This document shows positions 14,248-27,189 of a stretch of DNA of 64,000 nt, in pieces (the stretch's first letter is position 1; each line of letters opens with the position of its first letter). This DNA is from Hydrolagus affinis (taxonomy: Eukaryota), in contig JAAILG010000168.1 in NCBI GenBank assembly GCA_012026655.1, forward strand, positions 62,001-126,000, read 5' to 3'. The notes under the pieces were generated by a model. It was not told the origin of the DNA. It made no database searches and saw only the letters and a program-made list of their open reading frames with translations. The position numbers and the translations under genes were made by a program.

Positions 14248-14672
14248 CAATATTTTTTGTATAGCACTTTCTACATCGGGAGGACATCCCAAAGCTCTGG
14301 TCAGTGTTTCAGACATGAACTGGGTGTCAGGAGGATGGAGGGCATGGAGAAAAGGAGGGTGACCAAAAACACGGTTGAAGAGGAGGGTCTTGAGATGGGT
14401 CTTGAAGCAGGCAATGGAGAAGATGTAGCAGAGGGACAATGGGATGGTGTACCAGAGGATGGCAGCATAGTGGCAGTAGCCTCACCCACTAATGGTGGGG
14501 TAGGCAAGATGGAAGATATGAAGCGGGCCGGAACCCGCTGAGTGAAGGGAATGGGCAAGTTGGTAGTAGGTTGTAGAGGTAGTAGGGGGAGTGAGGCAAT
14601 GGGGGTTTGGGGGATGCGGACCAGGATCTTGAACTGTTTCCTCTGTGAGATGGGAAGCCAGTGGAGTATCAG
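14248..14672 (-). mobile_element. L2-clade LINE 3' fragment
   Basis: [16 protein letters not shown] on minus strand plus shared tail gggaggacatcccaaagc. Confidence 0.85.
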
Positions 14673-14777
14673 GCTTGGTTTCAGTCTGGTCAAAGGTGTA
14701 ATTATACTCTACAAATTAAATATCAGATATCAATTAACTGGCTCAAAATGGACTAAAGAACATTCTTGTCCCTACAG

Positions 14778-14941
14778 GGCCCTTGGAGCAAACCCTCTAC
14801 ACTGTGACTGCAATATGCAGTGGTTGTCTGACTGGGTGAAGTCTGGCTACAAGGAGCCAGGTATTGCTCGCTGTTCAGGACCTGGTGACATGACAGATAA
14901 GCTCCTCCTCACCACTCCTTCGAAGAAGTTTGAATGTCAAG
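14778..14941 (+). CDS. slit2: slit2 coding exon (~exon 26), LRR-CT 4
   Basis: tacag|...|gtattg; 164 nt; [54 protein letters not shown]. Confidence 0.96.
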
Positions 14942-15979
14942 GTATTGCCATAAATTCTTCACTTTCTCTCTGCTTCATAGACATCTTTGATATCAATGCG
15001 AGGAATTAAATTAGAAATGTCTAGTTTATCTATCCAATTGTAATTAGTTATTAGTGAATGGTGAACTTTGATTGTAAGAGTGGCAAAGGGAGCTTTCTGT
15101 AACCTTTAATCACCCTTTGACTTTCTTTTCTTGCCTTTTCTTGCTTGTAATCTAATACTCTTTAATCTTTCACTTGCGACCTCTGTCATCCCAATCCCTG
15201 CCTATAGAGATTCCAGGGCCTTGCGGGTTTTTGGTGCCAGGTAAGCCAGCCGAGCAGCCCTTGGCAATGATGGATGGTGTTAAACGGACCTTCTGCCTCT
15301 CCTTAAATGTGACCCAAAACAATTACCTAAATCCCTCCAGCAGATATGTTTTCCCTAGACTAGCAGTGTCAAGTTTGGAAAGAATGTACAGTTTTCACAC
15401 TTTCAGTCCTTGACCTCTGCCTTCAAACACAAGCTGTGTGTGGGCTTAAGCCTAGGTTGAGTGATGATTGTGGAGCGTTTTGTGTTTGTCTTGAAAGCTG
15501 TATTACTTCTGTGTACACTTTGAAGTTTAATTTCAATTAAAAACAAAATAATTTTTGTGGATTGCAGACTATTTTTTAACAATGGGGCCAGTGATGCCTA
15601 TTTAACACAAAAACAACATCTGTATGCATCACTTTGACTTTGTTTGACACAGCCATTTGCCAGCAATTGTCCACTTATAATCCTTATTGACAATTTCGGA
15701 AAGTAATCTGCAGAAAATTCACAAAAAGAAACAGTAAAAAATGGTTAATATTTACCTTGTCCTTGTAAAAATGCTCTGAGATCATAGCCTATATGAAGGA
15801 CGCAATACAGATTGCGTGGGTTATTTTTGCTGCTAATGTTTGATACTGGAAAAGGAGAAACCTGGTCTTTGATAAAAACAAGTCGATGTCAATGATAAAA
15901 CAGCCCATTGCATTCCTGGTTCTTATGCTTTGCACCACACCTGCAGTATATGAGCCAACACTTGCAAATGTTTATTTCA

Positions 15980-16125
15980 CTTTGTTTTGTTTGTGGGACA
16001 TTGCTGTGCACAAATTGGTTGTTGTGTTTGGCTGCAAAACGCAGTCATAGTAAACCCTTGAAACCTTTTAAGATATTCTTCTGGTGTGAAATGTGCTAAA
16101 CAAAATACCAGGATTATTATTATAA
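15980..16125 (+). mobile_element. SINE 3' half
   Basis: gtttgtgggacattgctgtgcacaaattgg core and ggattattatta tail. Confidence 0.65.
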
Positions 16126-16416
16126 TTTCTGTCCAAATGTTACTTGTCAAACATTAAATGGCTTCAGGTCCTTTGGGCTCATGTGCTGCACCGCTATTTC
16201 GATTTAGCAAGTTTTAGTTTTGCTTAACGCAAACTATGCTAATGTGCGATGAAAATCAAACAAACGATGGGGAAGCAGTGCACTAGCCCCAAATAGTCTT
16301 GTGATTTTGTTGGCAATTCAATGAGTTCCTTATTTCCTAACCATTTCCTAGTACAGTACTAACCCTTAATGTAGAACTCACTTGATTTAAACAATTTATT
16401 TGTTTAACTTCTGAAG

Positions 16417-16541
16417 GTCCGGTTGACATCGCTATTCTGGCCAAGTGTAACCCTTGCCTTTCAAATCCATGCAAAAATGATGGAACTTGCTCTAATGATC
16501 CTGTGAATTTCTACAGATGCACCTGTCCTTACGGATACAAG
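16417..16541 (+). CDS. slit2: slit2 coding exon (~exon 27), EGF1
   Basis: tgaag|...|gtatgt; 125 nt; [42 protein letters not shown]. Confidence 0.95.
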
Positions 16542-16784
16542 GTATGTTTGTCACTTGAAATGGAGCAATCTGAGTTGTACAATTAGTGCTCGCTGTACAC
16601 CCATATCTTATCATCTGGGAAATTGCTGTGTGCAGAATTCAGAATCTGCATTTATAATTTACATTAAAACACAATCACATTAAAATGCTCTTTCTACACC
16701 CAACGAAGGCAGAAAATTAGATACAGATGTATTGCTTGCACGCTCTACCTGGTCCGAGAACTCCTAGATTGCTCCTTTCTAATT

Positions 16785-16912
16785 GTGCAATGAGATCTTC
16801 AGAGTCCACCTGCATAGGCAGACAAGACCTTGTTTTAAGGTATTTTCCAAAACACAAGTCCTCCGCCAATGCAACACATCACCAGCACTTCATTGGAGCA
16901 TCAGCTTAGACC
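16785..16912 (-). mobile_element. DeuSINE-like fragment
   Basis: Aligns by eye to 52320-52450 and 62400-62530. Confidence 0.55.
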
Positions 16913-17979
16913 AACTAGCAGCTCACGGGCCACTTCCAGCCTCCCCTCCCTCCATTTCTTCTGGTCCACCCACTCCTTATGGAACCTGTAAATGTTATGC
17001 TTCATATTGCTTATGATTCCCATTGACTTTCCTCAAATAGGGCATCTGGCCCGCAGTAGTCAAAAGGTTAGACCATCCTAGAGACAAGGTTAGTGAAATC
17101 CCAACAATTTCAACCTAACTATTTTCTTGGGTCAAAGATATTGCCTTGGATTACAGTAGACCAATCAGTAACTGCCCTCCATACCCCCCTCCCTCTCCCC
17201 CCCCCTCCCACCCACACACGCACACACACAAAAATAATAAGTTTCCCTCACTCCCATTGTTTGCATGGGATCATTGTGAATCAAAAGAAAAGTACATACA
17301 TCAAAGTTAACAGGAAGCAAAAGCCACTAGTCTTTCAGGATGGTAGAGAAAATCTTGGAACGATACTAGACTAATAAACTGAGCCATTTCTGTTTGCTAG
17401 CTGCACTACATCTTACAAAATTTTAAATCTTGCGTACTTTCAATAGTTTTTGTTGAAAGCCATTGCGTTCTGAGCCATGAGCCAAACTGAAGTTTTGAGT
17501 CCAGGCTTGCACCTGCAACTTGCTGTTTGTTTCCTTCCACCCACTCACTCTGGCACGTGTAAGCTGAAAGCGCAGTGTGCTGTCTGTCACCGGTTACATA
17601 AGGCTCTGTAAACACAATCTTTAGTAGAACACTGTGCAGGACAGGCAGTGAACTGATGGCATTTCCAGACAATATTTTTTTTCTTATTGTTGCTCCAGAC
17701 ATTATTATTATTCTTGTTCCAGTCAAGAATGATTGTATGCAACTGCAACAATAACCCAAGAGGGCTGAAACCTTAAATAAATATTTTTGCATGCTGTATG
17801 CATTGAATGTTATAACAGGTTTGTTCTCCCCCAGTCTGTGAAATCGAAACAAAGACGCCCTCGTTTTTTTTTTGTTTGTTTGGAGAAACTAAATCATATA
17901 TGTGATCCCCAAGAATACCCTGTGTTGATTATTTTTCTCTTGCGTTTAATGGGTTGCTTGGAGTCCATTGCTGAAGGAA

Positions 17980-18120
17980 TTGCATACATGAAGGAGAAGG
18001 GAATAGAGGGATATGGGTAGATTTGGAGGTTCACTTGGAGTATAAACAGGGACTTGGACTCATTGAACTGAATGGCCTGTTTCTGTTCTTTAATGTACTG
18101 TGTAACTCTATGAATTGTAT
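17980..18120 (+). mobile_element. CR1-type LINE 3' end
   Basis: atgaaggagaagggaatagagggatatgg...gaatggcctgtttctg; similar to 47840-47940. Confidence 0.6.
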
Positions 18121-18641
18121 GTAGGTTTGTTCGACTGACTATCCTGATCTCTTTCCAATGCTTTCCTCTATAAATATATATAAAAATCTTTCCCGAGATT
18201 ATATCCAAGAAATTGGTCAGTGGTTTCCTTCATCCTCCTCTCTCCACAATGAGTTAAGCCTTCTGCTTCTATGAAACAAAGTGGCTAAGACATGGAGGAA
18301 ATTTCTGTTCTAACAGGACTTACATCCATGGCTAAGGACTTGGTGTAGTAACCTCATTCATTGCACATACACTGCACTGTCTGGCTCACCTTCAGGGTGC
18401 TGACTGGTTTCTGCACTGAAAGAAAACTGTTGAGGTCACCATGACTGTGATTTCAGTACATGTCTTTGGTTCCTGATCTCACCATACCCTGCCACCTGTA
18501 ATAACCTTCCATTCAAGTCCTCCACATGTGAAAGGCGCTATACAAATATAATTTTGTTGTTGTTGTTGTATTCCTGGCTCCAAAATAGCCTAATTCTATA
18601 ATTACTGCATAGTAACTGCCATATGCTTCATTTGTCCACAG

Positions 18642-18739
18642 GGTCAGGACTGTGATGTGCCCATTCACTCCTGCATTAACAGCCCGTGCAGAAACAGTGC
18701 TACTTGCAACCTCAAAGAGGGAGAAAAGGATGGATTCTG
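18642..18739 (+). CDS. slit2: slit2 coding exon (~exon 28), EGF2
   Basis: cacag|...|gttcgt; 98 nt; [33 protein letters not shown]; phase matches next exon. Confidence 0.93.
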
Positions 18740-21700
18740 GTTCGTATGGTTCAGTTTATGCCTGTGTCATTGAAAGTAGTTGCAAACTGCTCTTGATTCC
18801 GAAAATGCTTTCTGCGTGTGTTTGGGTTGTGGTGGCAACTGGCCAAAGAGTATTTTCTACATGGAGCCAGCTTAATAGGCACACAAGACCTCAGCTCTAA
18901 TACCAACCAGGGTTGGATCTCCTGATATTTGTGCTGTATAGTGGTTTCTTTGCACAAAATGAATGGGTATATAAGAGATGGTTTGGCCAGGGCCACAGAG
19001 CAGTGACAGGGTTAACAGCAATTTTAGACCACATTGCAGTATTTGTTTTTTACTTGCATGTAACCTTTATCGTATCCCAGCTTTTGGAAGCAATTCAAGT
19101 GGAGCACAGAAATGTAACTTTAAATGCCAGTAAATTTTCCAGAACTATAAAAACTACAGATTTGTTTTGCCAGATTGCTGGAGAGCTTTGATCTAATAAA
19201 ATGAAAAGTAGATGTTAGAGAAGCAGAAATCTGGAAGCAGGTGCAGTGCAGACAGAATTCAGACCCAGTTTAAGAGCCAAAAACGAATACCCTCTGTTCA
19301 TTAGAGTGCGACTTGAAGCCATAAAAGGGAGCTTCATTTTATTGGTCTGTGGAAGCCTCTGTGAACGAGTGCTGATGAGATGTTAGTTCACTGAGACAGA
19401 ACATTAAAGAGCTCTTTTCAGACCACTGCTCTACAGTAGATAATCATGTTCTGCACATTATTGTTTGAGAATGCTTCTAGGGATTTGGCCTAATTAAAAT
19501 AAAGTTCTAAATCTTTCACAAAAGCCTGGATGTGGGTGGCAGCATTGATGGGTGGAATTTATTGTAATAATGTACTTTACTGTATTGACTATTTTAGTGC
19601 ACTATTTCTGTTTGGCTTTGTTCTGTTACACTCACTTTGTTCACTATGGTCCCATTGCACATTCAGTCCCACTGTTCTGTCCTCACTCATTTAGAAAGGT
19701 ATGCAGAAATGGACCCGTTATTAATGAACACAAATTCTCAGTATTCTCTAAAAGCACAACTTACAAATTCAAATTGGTAATCTGAATGCCACAAAACACT
19801 TCTTTATTGCTGCCTAGATTCCATATGAGGTACCTTTAAACACCATCAAGTGAGATGCTCTGGGTGGTTCAACATAGTGGATAGTTGCGGAATAGGATAG
19901 CATTTCTTCCTCCTGCTACAATGGTCGAGGCGAGGGATGGATAGACAATTCCATCTGTGTTTTGGCTTAAGTAATATTTCAGAATGTTATCAAATTCTTT
20001 ATCAAAAATTTATTAAATTCTTAAATACATCTTTAATGTTGAAGGTGTTTCTCAGGTTTCTGTTAAGGACTTGCAGAAAACTGTTTTCAAAGTTGAAACT
20101 AAATTGAATTCAATAATTTGACAGTTCTGCACACTGTGAAATGCTACATTAATAGCAATAATCAACACATATGAGGGGTTTTACTTCTGAGGTGAGAGGA
20201 AGTTCTTTTTCTGAAGGTGAGAAATGAAGTTACTTCAATGAAGTGTCCTGTGAATTACCACTGAAACACTGGCTTCCCGGATTGAAAAATGAAATTGGGA
20301 TCTGATAGTTGGCAGCCAACAGAGCAGTTCAAGTTTTATGGAACACTTATTTGTGCTGAAGTAGGGCAAGTGGGGGATTCTCATTTCCATGCCCATTCTT
20401 CTGGTATGCATGGAAAAATGCCATGTTTTAAAACAGATTTGTTAGCATATTCAGCAGTTATTAAATCTATAATAGCATGTTATATACATTCGAAAAAGCT
20501 GCACTATGTTTTATACATACTCTTTGTCGGCTAGATTGCATTGCTCATACATTTCCATGGAATATTCCCCCACAAATATTGAGCTGCACTCCCACCTATT
20601 GTGGGACAATATCTCCGCCATCCCAATCCCACCCCACGCACATGGATAGATTAACACACTTTACAGTGCGAAGGGCCATTTAATTAATGCTGTGCATTGC
20701 CGTCTCAGTGTGCGTATTTCTCTGGGTAGTGACCCCGTTTCATGGTGCTGTCTGCACAAAAGTGAAAGTGGTTATGAGGTCTATCAACTTGTGTCTTCTC
20801 TCCGTGCAATGAGCTGGATGGCTTGAACGAAGCAATCATTCTCGGACAGGCTGGCGGAGAGTGTGAGAGTAGCAACCGCCGAGAACCAGGCATTTCCTAG
20901 CGATTCACCTGGTGATCGATGGCATGTCAGCGCAGCGAAACAAAGAAATGTAAAAGTCATTCACAGACAGCTGCACATAAGCTAATGAGCATAGTGCGCA
21001 AGCTTTTTAGATGTCAGGATATTAAATAAAAGGCTTAGATTAGTGCAGCTGCATGGTTCATGAATTATGAAGCAGCACGCTCGATTAGTGTACTTTAATA
21101 ATTTCACATGAGAATGGCAATTAATTCATCAAGATGCTTATGTGTACGTGTGGCTCCATACTTAGGCACTTGATTAAGGTAATAAAAGTCCTTTTTCTTA
21201 GAAAGCTTTAACCAGCTACAGGTTTGCATCAAAGTCTTTGTTTTAATAAAGCCACTGATTTTAAGCACTTGATAGTATTACAGTTCATAGATGTGAAGAA
21301 TCATTTAATGAGATGGAAAGAGTAATAATTTGCATTTGAAAAGTCTAATCCCTTTTCTGAAACTCAGAAACTCAGTGAAGGGCTGGGTTCACTATCATTT
21401 AAATACTACTCTATGTTGCTAAGTTAAAAAGAACAGGTAAAACCGTATAATGTAATAAGTGGCCACTGACAGCAAGCTTGGGGGTGAATATTATAGTCTG
21501 AGGGAGGGAAGCATACAAGAGATGCACGGTTGAGGTCACGAGAAAGATTGAGCAGGAGATTAAGCTCCACCAATTTTTTTTTTAAAAAAGCTTGATGCAT
21601 AGTAGGCTAGATGTTATGGAAAGATGAGACTGGATGGACCAAAGGGTCTCCTACAAACCAATTTATGTGTTTCTAACATGATGAAGAGTGGGCAGTTCAA

Positions 21701-22361
21701 CATATTTAAATATTGGGTGGAATAAGAGAGAAACTCAGAGAAGCAATGGCAATTAATGAGATTGAGATGAAGAGAGAGGATATGCATTGCCTGATATGTG
21801 ACATGATGGAGGGTCACGTACATAATGTGTAACCTGTCCAACTTTGCAAGAGAGATGTTGGAAGAGTATCCCCAACTAAAGGGCAATACCCACAGATGAA
21901 CTTGGAATTCATAGAGACTTGGGAGTAGTTAGTGGAAAAAGAGAAAACTTAGTTGCTGGGAGGTAGCTTTAATAATGTAGGAGACTTCAGAATTCCACTT
22001 GAGATCTGAGGAGATAGTGAGGTAAGGCAGTCATGCTTAGATCTATGAAAGACATCTTTGAGGAATTGAAAGAAACAAAAAGATTAATATTGTCACATTA
22101 GAGGAAACCAAGGTTTGTTGATTGTCAATAGACATGTGTCTTATATGCACTGAGACGAACTAAACTGCTAATTTCTTGGCATTAAAACCATTTTCTAAAA
22201 ATGTAAGATGAGGAATTTTGGACATTTTTGAAAAATGTTTTGAAAAGTAAGTTTAAAATAAATTCCAAATTTCTGTGCGATCTTAAATGTTTTTTTATTC
22301 TGGTTTCCGCTATAAGGTGCCTCAGTGAGAATATCTGATGTGACTTGTTCTCTTCCCTCAG

Positions 22362-22501
22362 GTGCTCATGTGCTGATGGCTTTGAGGGCGAGATCTGTGA
22401 GGTGAATATTGATGACTGTGAAGACAACGACTGTGAAAATAATTCAACGTGTGTTGATGGAATCAATAACTACACCTGCCTATGTCCACCTGAATACACA
22501 G
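22362..22501 (+). CDS. slit2: slit2 coding exon (~exon 29), EGF2-EGF3
   Basis: ctcag|...|gtaagg; 140 nt; [46 protein letters not shown]. Confidence 0.97.
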
Positions 22502-22811
22502 GTAAGGAGTTGATGCCAACTCCGTTTCTCCTAAGGCATGCACTTGTACACACACACATGCATACATTACACATTTTTATACACATACATGTACAAAGTC
22601 ACCATGGATTAGAGCACAATTTTTTCTGTTACAATATGGAACGAATAATGGGAACTAATTCACGTGGCAGTGTTTATTTCCCTGTGTATTTTGTGGTTGT
22701 AAATAAATATCTTTATGTAAATGCAGACATATTGACCTGTTTGAATAATGGCAATTTGTGGTGTGATAGGAAATTATGGTTTATTTTACATATTCTCAGT
22801 TTACTCTGTGT

Positions 22812-23109
22812 AGTCCTGAGTGCTCAGTGGTTAGAGCACTCGGCTTACAAGCAAGAGACATGGGTTCGATTGCAGGTAGGGCAAAGCCTTGGGCTAGTTT
22901 CTTTCCTCCACATGCTTGTTAATAATCACTGAAGAAACAATAATAAATTGGTTATTTCATTCCACGACTATTTGTGGGACACAGCTGTGCACAATTGACT
23001 GCCCAGTTTCGCCCACAATACATTGTCAATTCACTTTACTATATATTCTGTGAAGTGCTTTGAAATGTCTCGGAAAGCTCTACATCAAATGCAAGGATTA
23101 TTATTATTA
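22812..23109 (+). mobile_element. full-length tRNA-derived SINE (~300 bp)
   Basis: A-box-like gctcagtggttagagc, B-box gggttcgatt, core gtgggacacagctgtgc, L2-like tail, (TTA)n end. Confidence 0.85.
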
Positions 23110-24596
23110 CCCTTTTTGCTCATGTAGAGTTCCATGGTACCACTTTTGTGCATGGAATATCATATTTCATATATCATTGTTTTGATACATCCATTAAAAC
23201 CTGGGTTGTAAGGAGACTTCAGGCCCTTCAGCATTCGTGACATTGTGAATGTGAGGGTATCAGCGATAAGGCTACTTTTACAAGTGTGCAATGTTTCCAG
23301 AAGGTGTCAGTCAATAGAAATCAGAAATGGACATTGAACAAGGCATCTTCTCACATGTATTAGTTCAGCACCATATCCCACGATGCAGTTAATCACTTTG
23401 GGACAAAGGTGCTGCATTTTCACAAATGCTACTGGATATATAAAGCTCAAGAAAAGATAGCTTCTCTTGTACACAACAAAAAAAAATTAGTTTTGAAACA
23501 GATTTATGCAATGAGCTTTATATCGAATCATTTCAGATATTTGACAATCTGCATTAACAGAAATTGATGATTTATTTTTACGTATTCATATGTCCCGTTG
23601 ACCTGTTTATGGTAAAAACAGATTCAAAGTTATATTGTGATGCTCTTCTTTCTTGAAAATAGCCTGATTGGCAGTGAATTGTTGGTTGACTGGAGATGTG
23701 TTGTGACTGGCCCCCATCTGACATGTAGTAGCTGTTTGAGGAAAAAATACTGCAGCTACAGTGTAAACAATAGTCTATTGATTTTCTACTACCATGTAAG
23801 TATGACATAAAGGATCAAAGGAATGTGGAGATTTGAAAGCAGATCTCTTCATGGTTTGTACAGTGATGCACAATATCAAATGATCTGATAAGAGATGGCT
23901 AAAAGCGGCCACCAGTAAGCTACTTGGAGGTAATTGTGCCACATGCACTAACCACAAACAACCAGGAACAAAGGCTCCATTCAATGCTGGAGCTCACCAG
24001 TGTTGCAACTCTCTACTGTATATTTTCTTTGGAATAATTTTGTTTTACTCCCAGGTACAGAAAACCTACTCAGATAGTGATGAATGGCCTATGGGTTCAG
24101 GCAGAACTGCGATCAAGATCCTTTGATATAGAAAATTGCCAATGCACTCCATTATTTCACAATAAATTATTTACAGCCAGAACGGGAATTTTCAGATTTG
24201 TTTGGAAATGAGAATTTTTGCAGATTTGCACTTTATTCCATGGATTTTCGATAGACTCAAGAACTTCTGATATGTTGATGATCTCTCTAAACGTTAGTAT
24301 TTCATACATCAGTTGGGATATCAATATTACCTGTTGTAAAATTAACCCATAGAGATTTGGAAGGTCCCAGTGTTGAACCTTGATCGGTTGTTGGTCTCAG
24401 CCTGGGTATCAGTGCCCCTGTACTAGAGAAAAAAATGGAATAAAGTTTCCACTGCTTACACTCATGTGTGGACATCAGGGTGAGAGCAGGATTAGGATGA
24501 AATATGTTGCCGAGGAATTGTACCTCAGTATGCGTTTGTGCCTTCAGAAGAGGAAAACTACGTACATTGCACCTAACTGACTATATTTGGTAGTGT

Positions 24597-24765
24597 AATT
24601 GTAAGTAAGTAATCCTTAAGTTTATATAGCGCTTTCCGCGTCTTATCGACGTCCCAAAGCGCTTCACAGAGTTTGGAGAAGGAAAGTAGGAAAATTAACT
24701 GTATATTTGTGGGTGAAAACACGGCAGCCAAATTGCGCACAGCAGTGTCCCACAAACAGTCGTGA
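24597..24765 (-). mobile_element. 5'-truncated CpG-rich SINE copy
   Basis: Reverse complement of SINE 3' half; hairpin 24628-24663; (TTAC)n end. Confidence 0.8.
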
Positions 24766-26132
24766 AAATAGGGCCAGGGGAGAAAGGGAAGAAATTGGAA
24801 GCTAGAAATGAATAGTGTAACCTTTATATACGAGCACCTATAGTAATATGACCATTTATGTTTTTTTTCTCAAATGGCTCACTTAAAGAGCTCCTGAAGT
24901 TATTGTAGATTTATAGTGTAAATGCCATCTGACTGTAAAGAATGCAAATTTGTACATTAATGGATGCTTTAACCTAGGTTAGCTGATGGTTGCTAAAGTA
25001 ACCCTTTACTCCCACTAGCAACCCTCTATACCCTGACTGTGAGTTCAGGACTGAACAAGCAATGCTGTACAGATTCAGCATATGGACGCAGAAGCGACTG
25101 AGGGTATATAACAACTTCATATATAACTAATTTAGTCTTGTCTTTGGCATGTATCATATAGATAAACTAAAGGGTGGGAAGTTAAATCTGAAGCCTGAAG
25201 GATCTCTCTTTCTCGCTCAGCTTTCTGTTTCTGGATCCCACCAAAGGCTGAATCGAACATATACTTGTGACTGTGGCAAGGCTGCCAAATTTCTTCGCTG
25301 TTTAATGCATTCTACTGCTGAGGGCTAAACAGGCTTGTATATAGTAGCATTCAAACCAACTACTGTTGTATATCTGGAGGGTGCAATTCTGCACATTTGG
25401 CATCTGAATGAACAAAACATTGTATTGATGGAGTGAAGGAAATATAAGTGGAGCCTGCAGTCTGATGGTCCATGTCTTTAGCTTGAGCAGCAATAATTTG
25501 AATGACTTTGCTTAGTGTATTATTTGCAAATTTGAAAAGAAGGAAGGGAACTCGGGAATAAATGCACCAAAGCGGCATTGTCATCAATACAAAATGTTGG
25601 CTTAGCTTTATATTGATAGTGAAGGTAGAAGAGAGACACACCATGTTCCCAGGAAGATGCAATGCACATTTGTGCTGCAGTATGTTTTGATCCAACATAA
25701 AATACTGGAATTTGTGTTTGTGTATGAACAAAAGATTTGCCCAAACTGTTTTAACAAAGACTGTGCTCCTTCAAGATGGTCGCATTAATACATATCTATT
25801 GCGAAGGTTGATTACATTCTACCTTTAACTACTGTGGCTCGACTCTGATCCCTGTTGGGTTGACTCCCTGTTTGGGGTATTTGATTTTCTGTGCTATCCC
25901 CAGTAGAATATAACTAATTTGTGGCACAATTGCAGAGCATACAGAATTACTTCATATGCATCGTATTGATTACTAAAGGGCTATTAGTGATTGCTTGTGC
26001 ACATGAAGGTGACCAGTTTCATTTATTTGCTGAGAAACATTTTTCTTCATTTTAAGAACTACAGAAAACTGTCTCCCAAATCAAGAATTCAAAGCCAACA
26101 AATTATATTGGTGTAAAAGCAAACCAAAGGGA

Positions 26133-26652
26133 CTTTGGAATGGAGTTCAAAGGGTGGGGTAGAGAGGCTGAAGGCCGAACTGCTAGTGGTGGGTGGGCGG
26201 GCAGTGAAAGTGGAGCAGGCTGGAGCCTACTGACGGGAAGGAGCGGACAGATTGATATGGTGTTAGCAGGTCACAGAGGCACACAGGTGCAAATCCATGG
26301 AGGATTTTACAGGCAAAAATGAGGATTTTGAACTCTGTTCTCTGGGGGATAGGGATCCAGTGGAGCTGGGTGAAGTTGGGGATGCTAGAGTCATGGAGCC
26401 TGGTGCAGGAGAGGACAAGGAGGTGTAGATTTCTAAATGATCTGCAGGCTGTAGAGGGAAGAGTTGTGAAGGCCGACAAGCAGGGAGTTGAGAAGTTGAG
26501 CTAGATGTAATAAATGCATGGATGAGGGTTTTGAAGGCTGAGAGGAGAGGCAGAGCAGGGAGGGGCAAAGGCATAGGGGGTCTTGGCACGGATGTGGGGT
26601 AGAAAGGACAGTTGAAGATCAAACAAGATGCCAAGTTTCCAGACTGGCTGAG
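26133..26652 (-). mobile_element. L2-clade LINE fragment
   Basis: LHWIPIPQRTEFKILIF and KTLIHAFITS on minus strand. Confidence 0.85.
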
Positions 26653-27162
26653 TGAGGTGGGTGTGCCATAAGGATTTAGATGGTGACAGTTCAAAGTTGA
26701 ATTAAACAACTTGTCAAATTCCAGATTTCTGGAATGATAAATAAATACTGTGGATCTAGGACCCAATGGAATTTCTCCTCACTTTAAGCTGTCTGTTTGG
26801 TTCCATGCTCCAGCCTTTTCCGATATCCATTTGTATTTTTCCTTCCATATATTTAAATCAGTCCACTGCTCAATTGTGGCCCCACAGAGCAGGTTGTTGA
26901 ATACAGGAAACTAGTTGTTAACCTACATCATGGCAGTGGTTTAAATGTACACTGTGACCCATGGGGCTTTTGGCAAACCTAACGGAGGAGACAGTGTAGA
27001 TAGAGAAATACAACAAGAGAGTGGAATTGCATAGGGTGGATTTGCATGAAAACCAAGGACAATTATTGAGTTGATATTTTCTGCTGCATTGTATTGTTGC
27101 AATGTTTTCAAAAGAGTAAACTCAGAAAATCTCTTGTTTCTTCTGTCTCTTGTCACTCCAAG

Positions 27163-27189
27163 CTGCTAATCTGAATGAGGTGGAAAAAG
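27163..27189 (+). CDS. slit2: slit2 alternative 27-nt microexon (AANLNEVEK), exon 28a-like
   Basis: Long pyrimidine tract then ccaag|CTGCTAATCTGAATGAGGTGGAAAAAG|gtcagt; phase 1-1, in frame between ...PPEYT and GELCEEK...; peptide recalled from mammalian Slit2 isoforms (not verified here). Confidence 0.85.
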
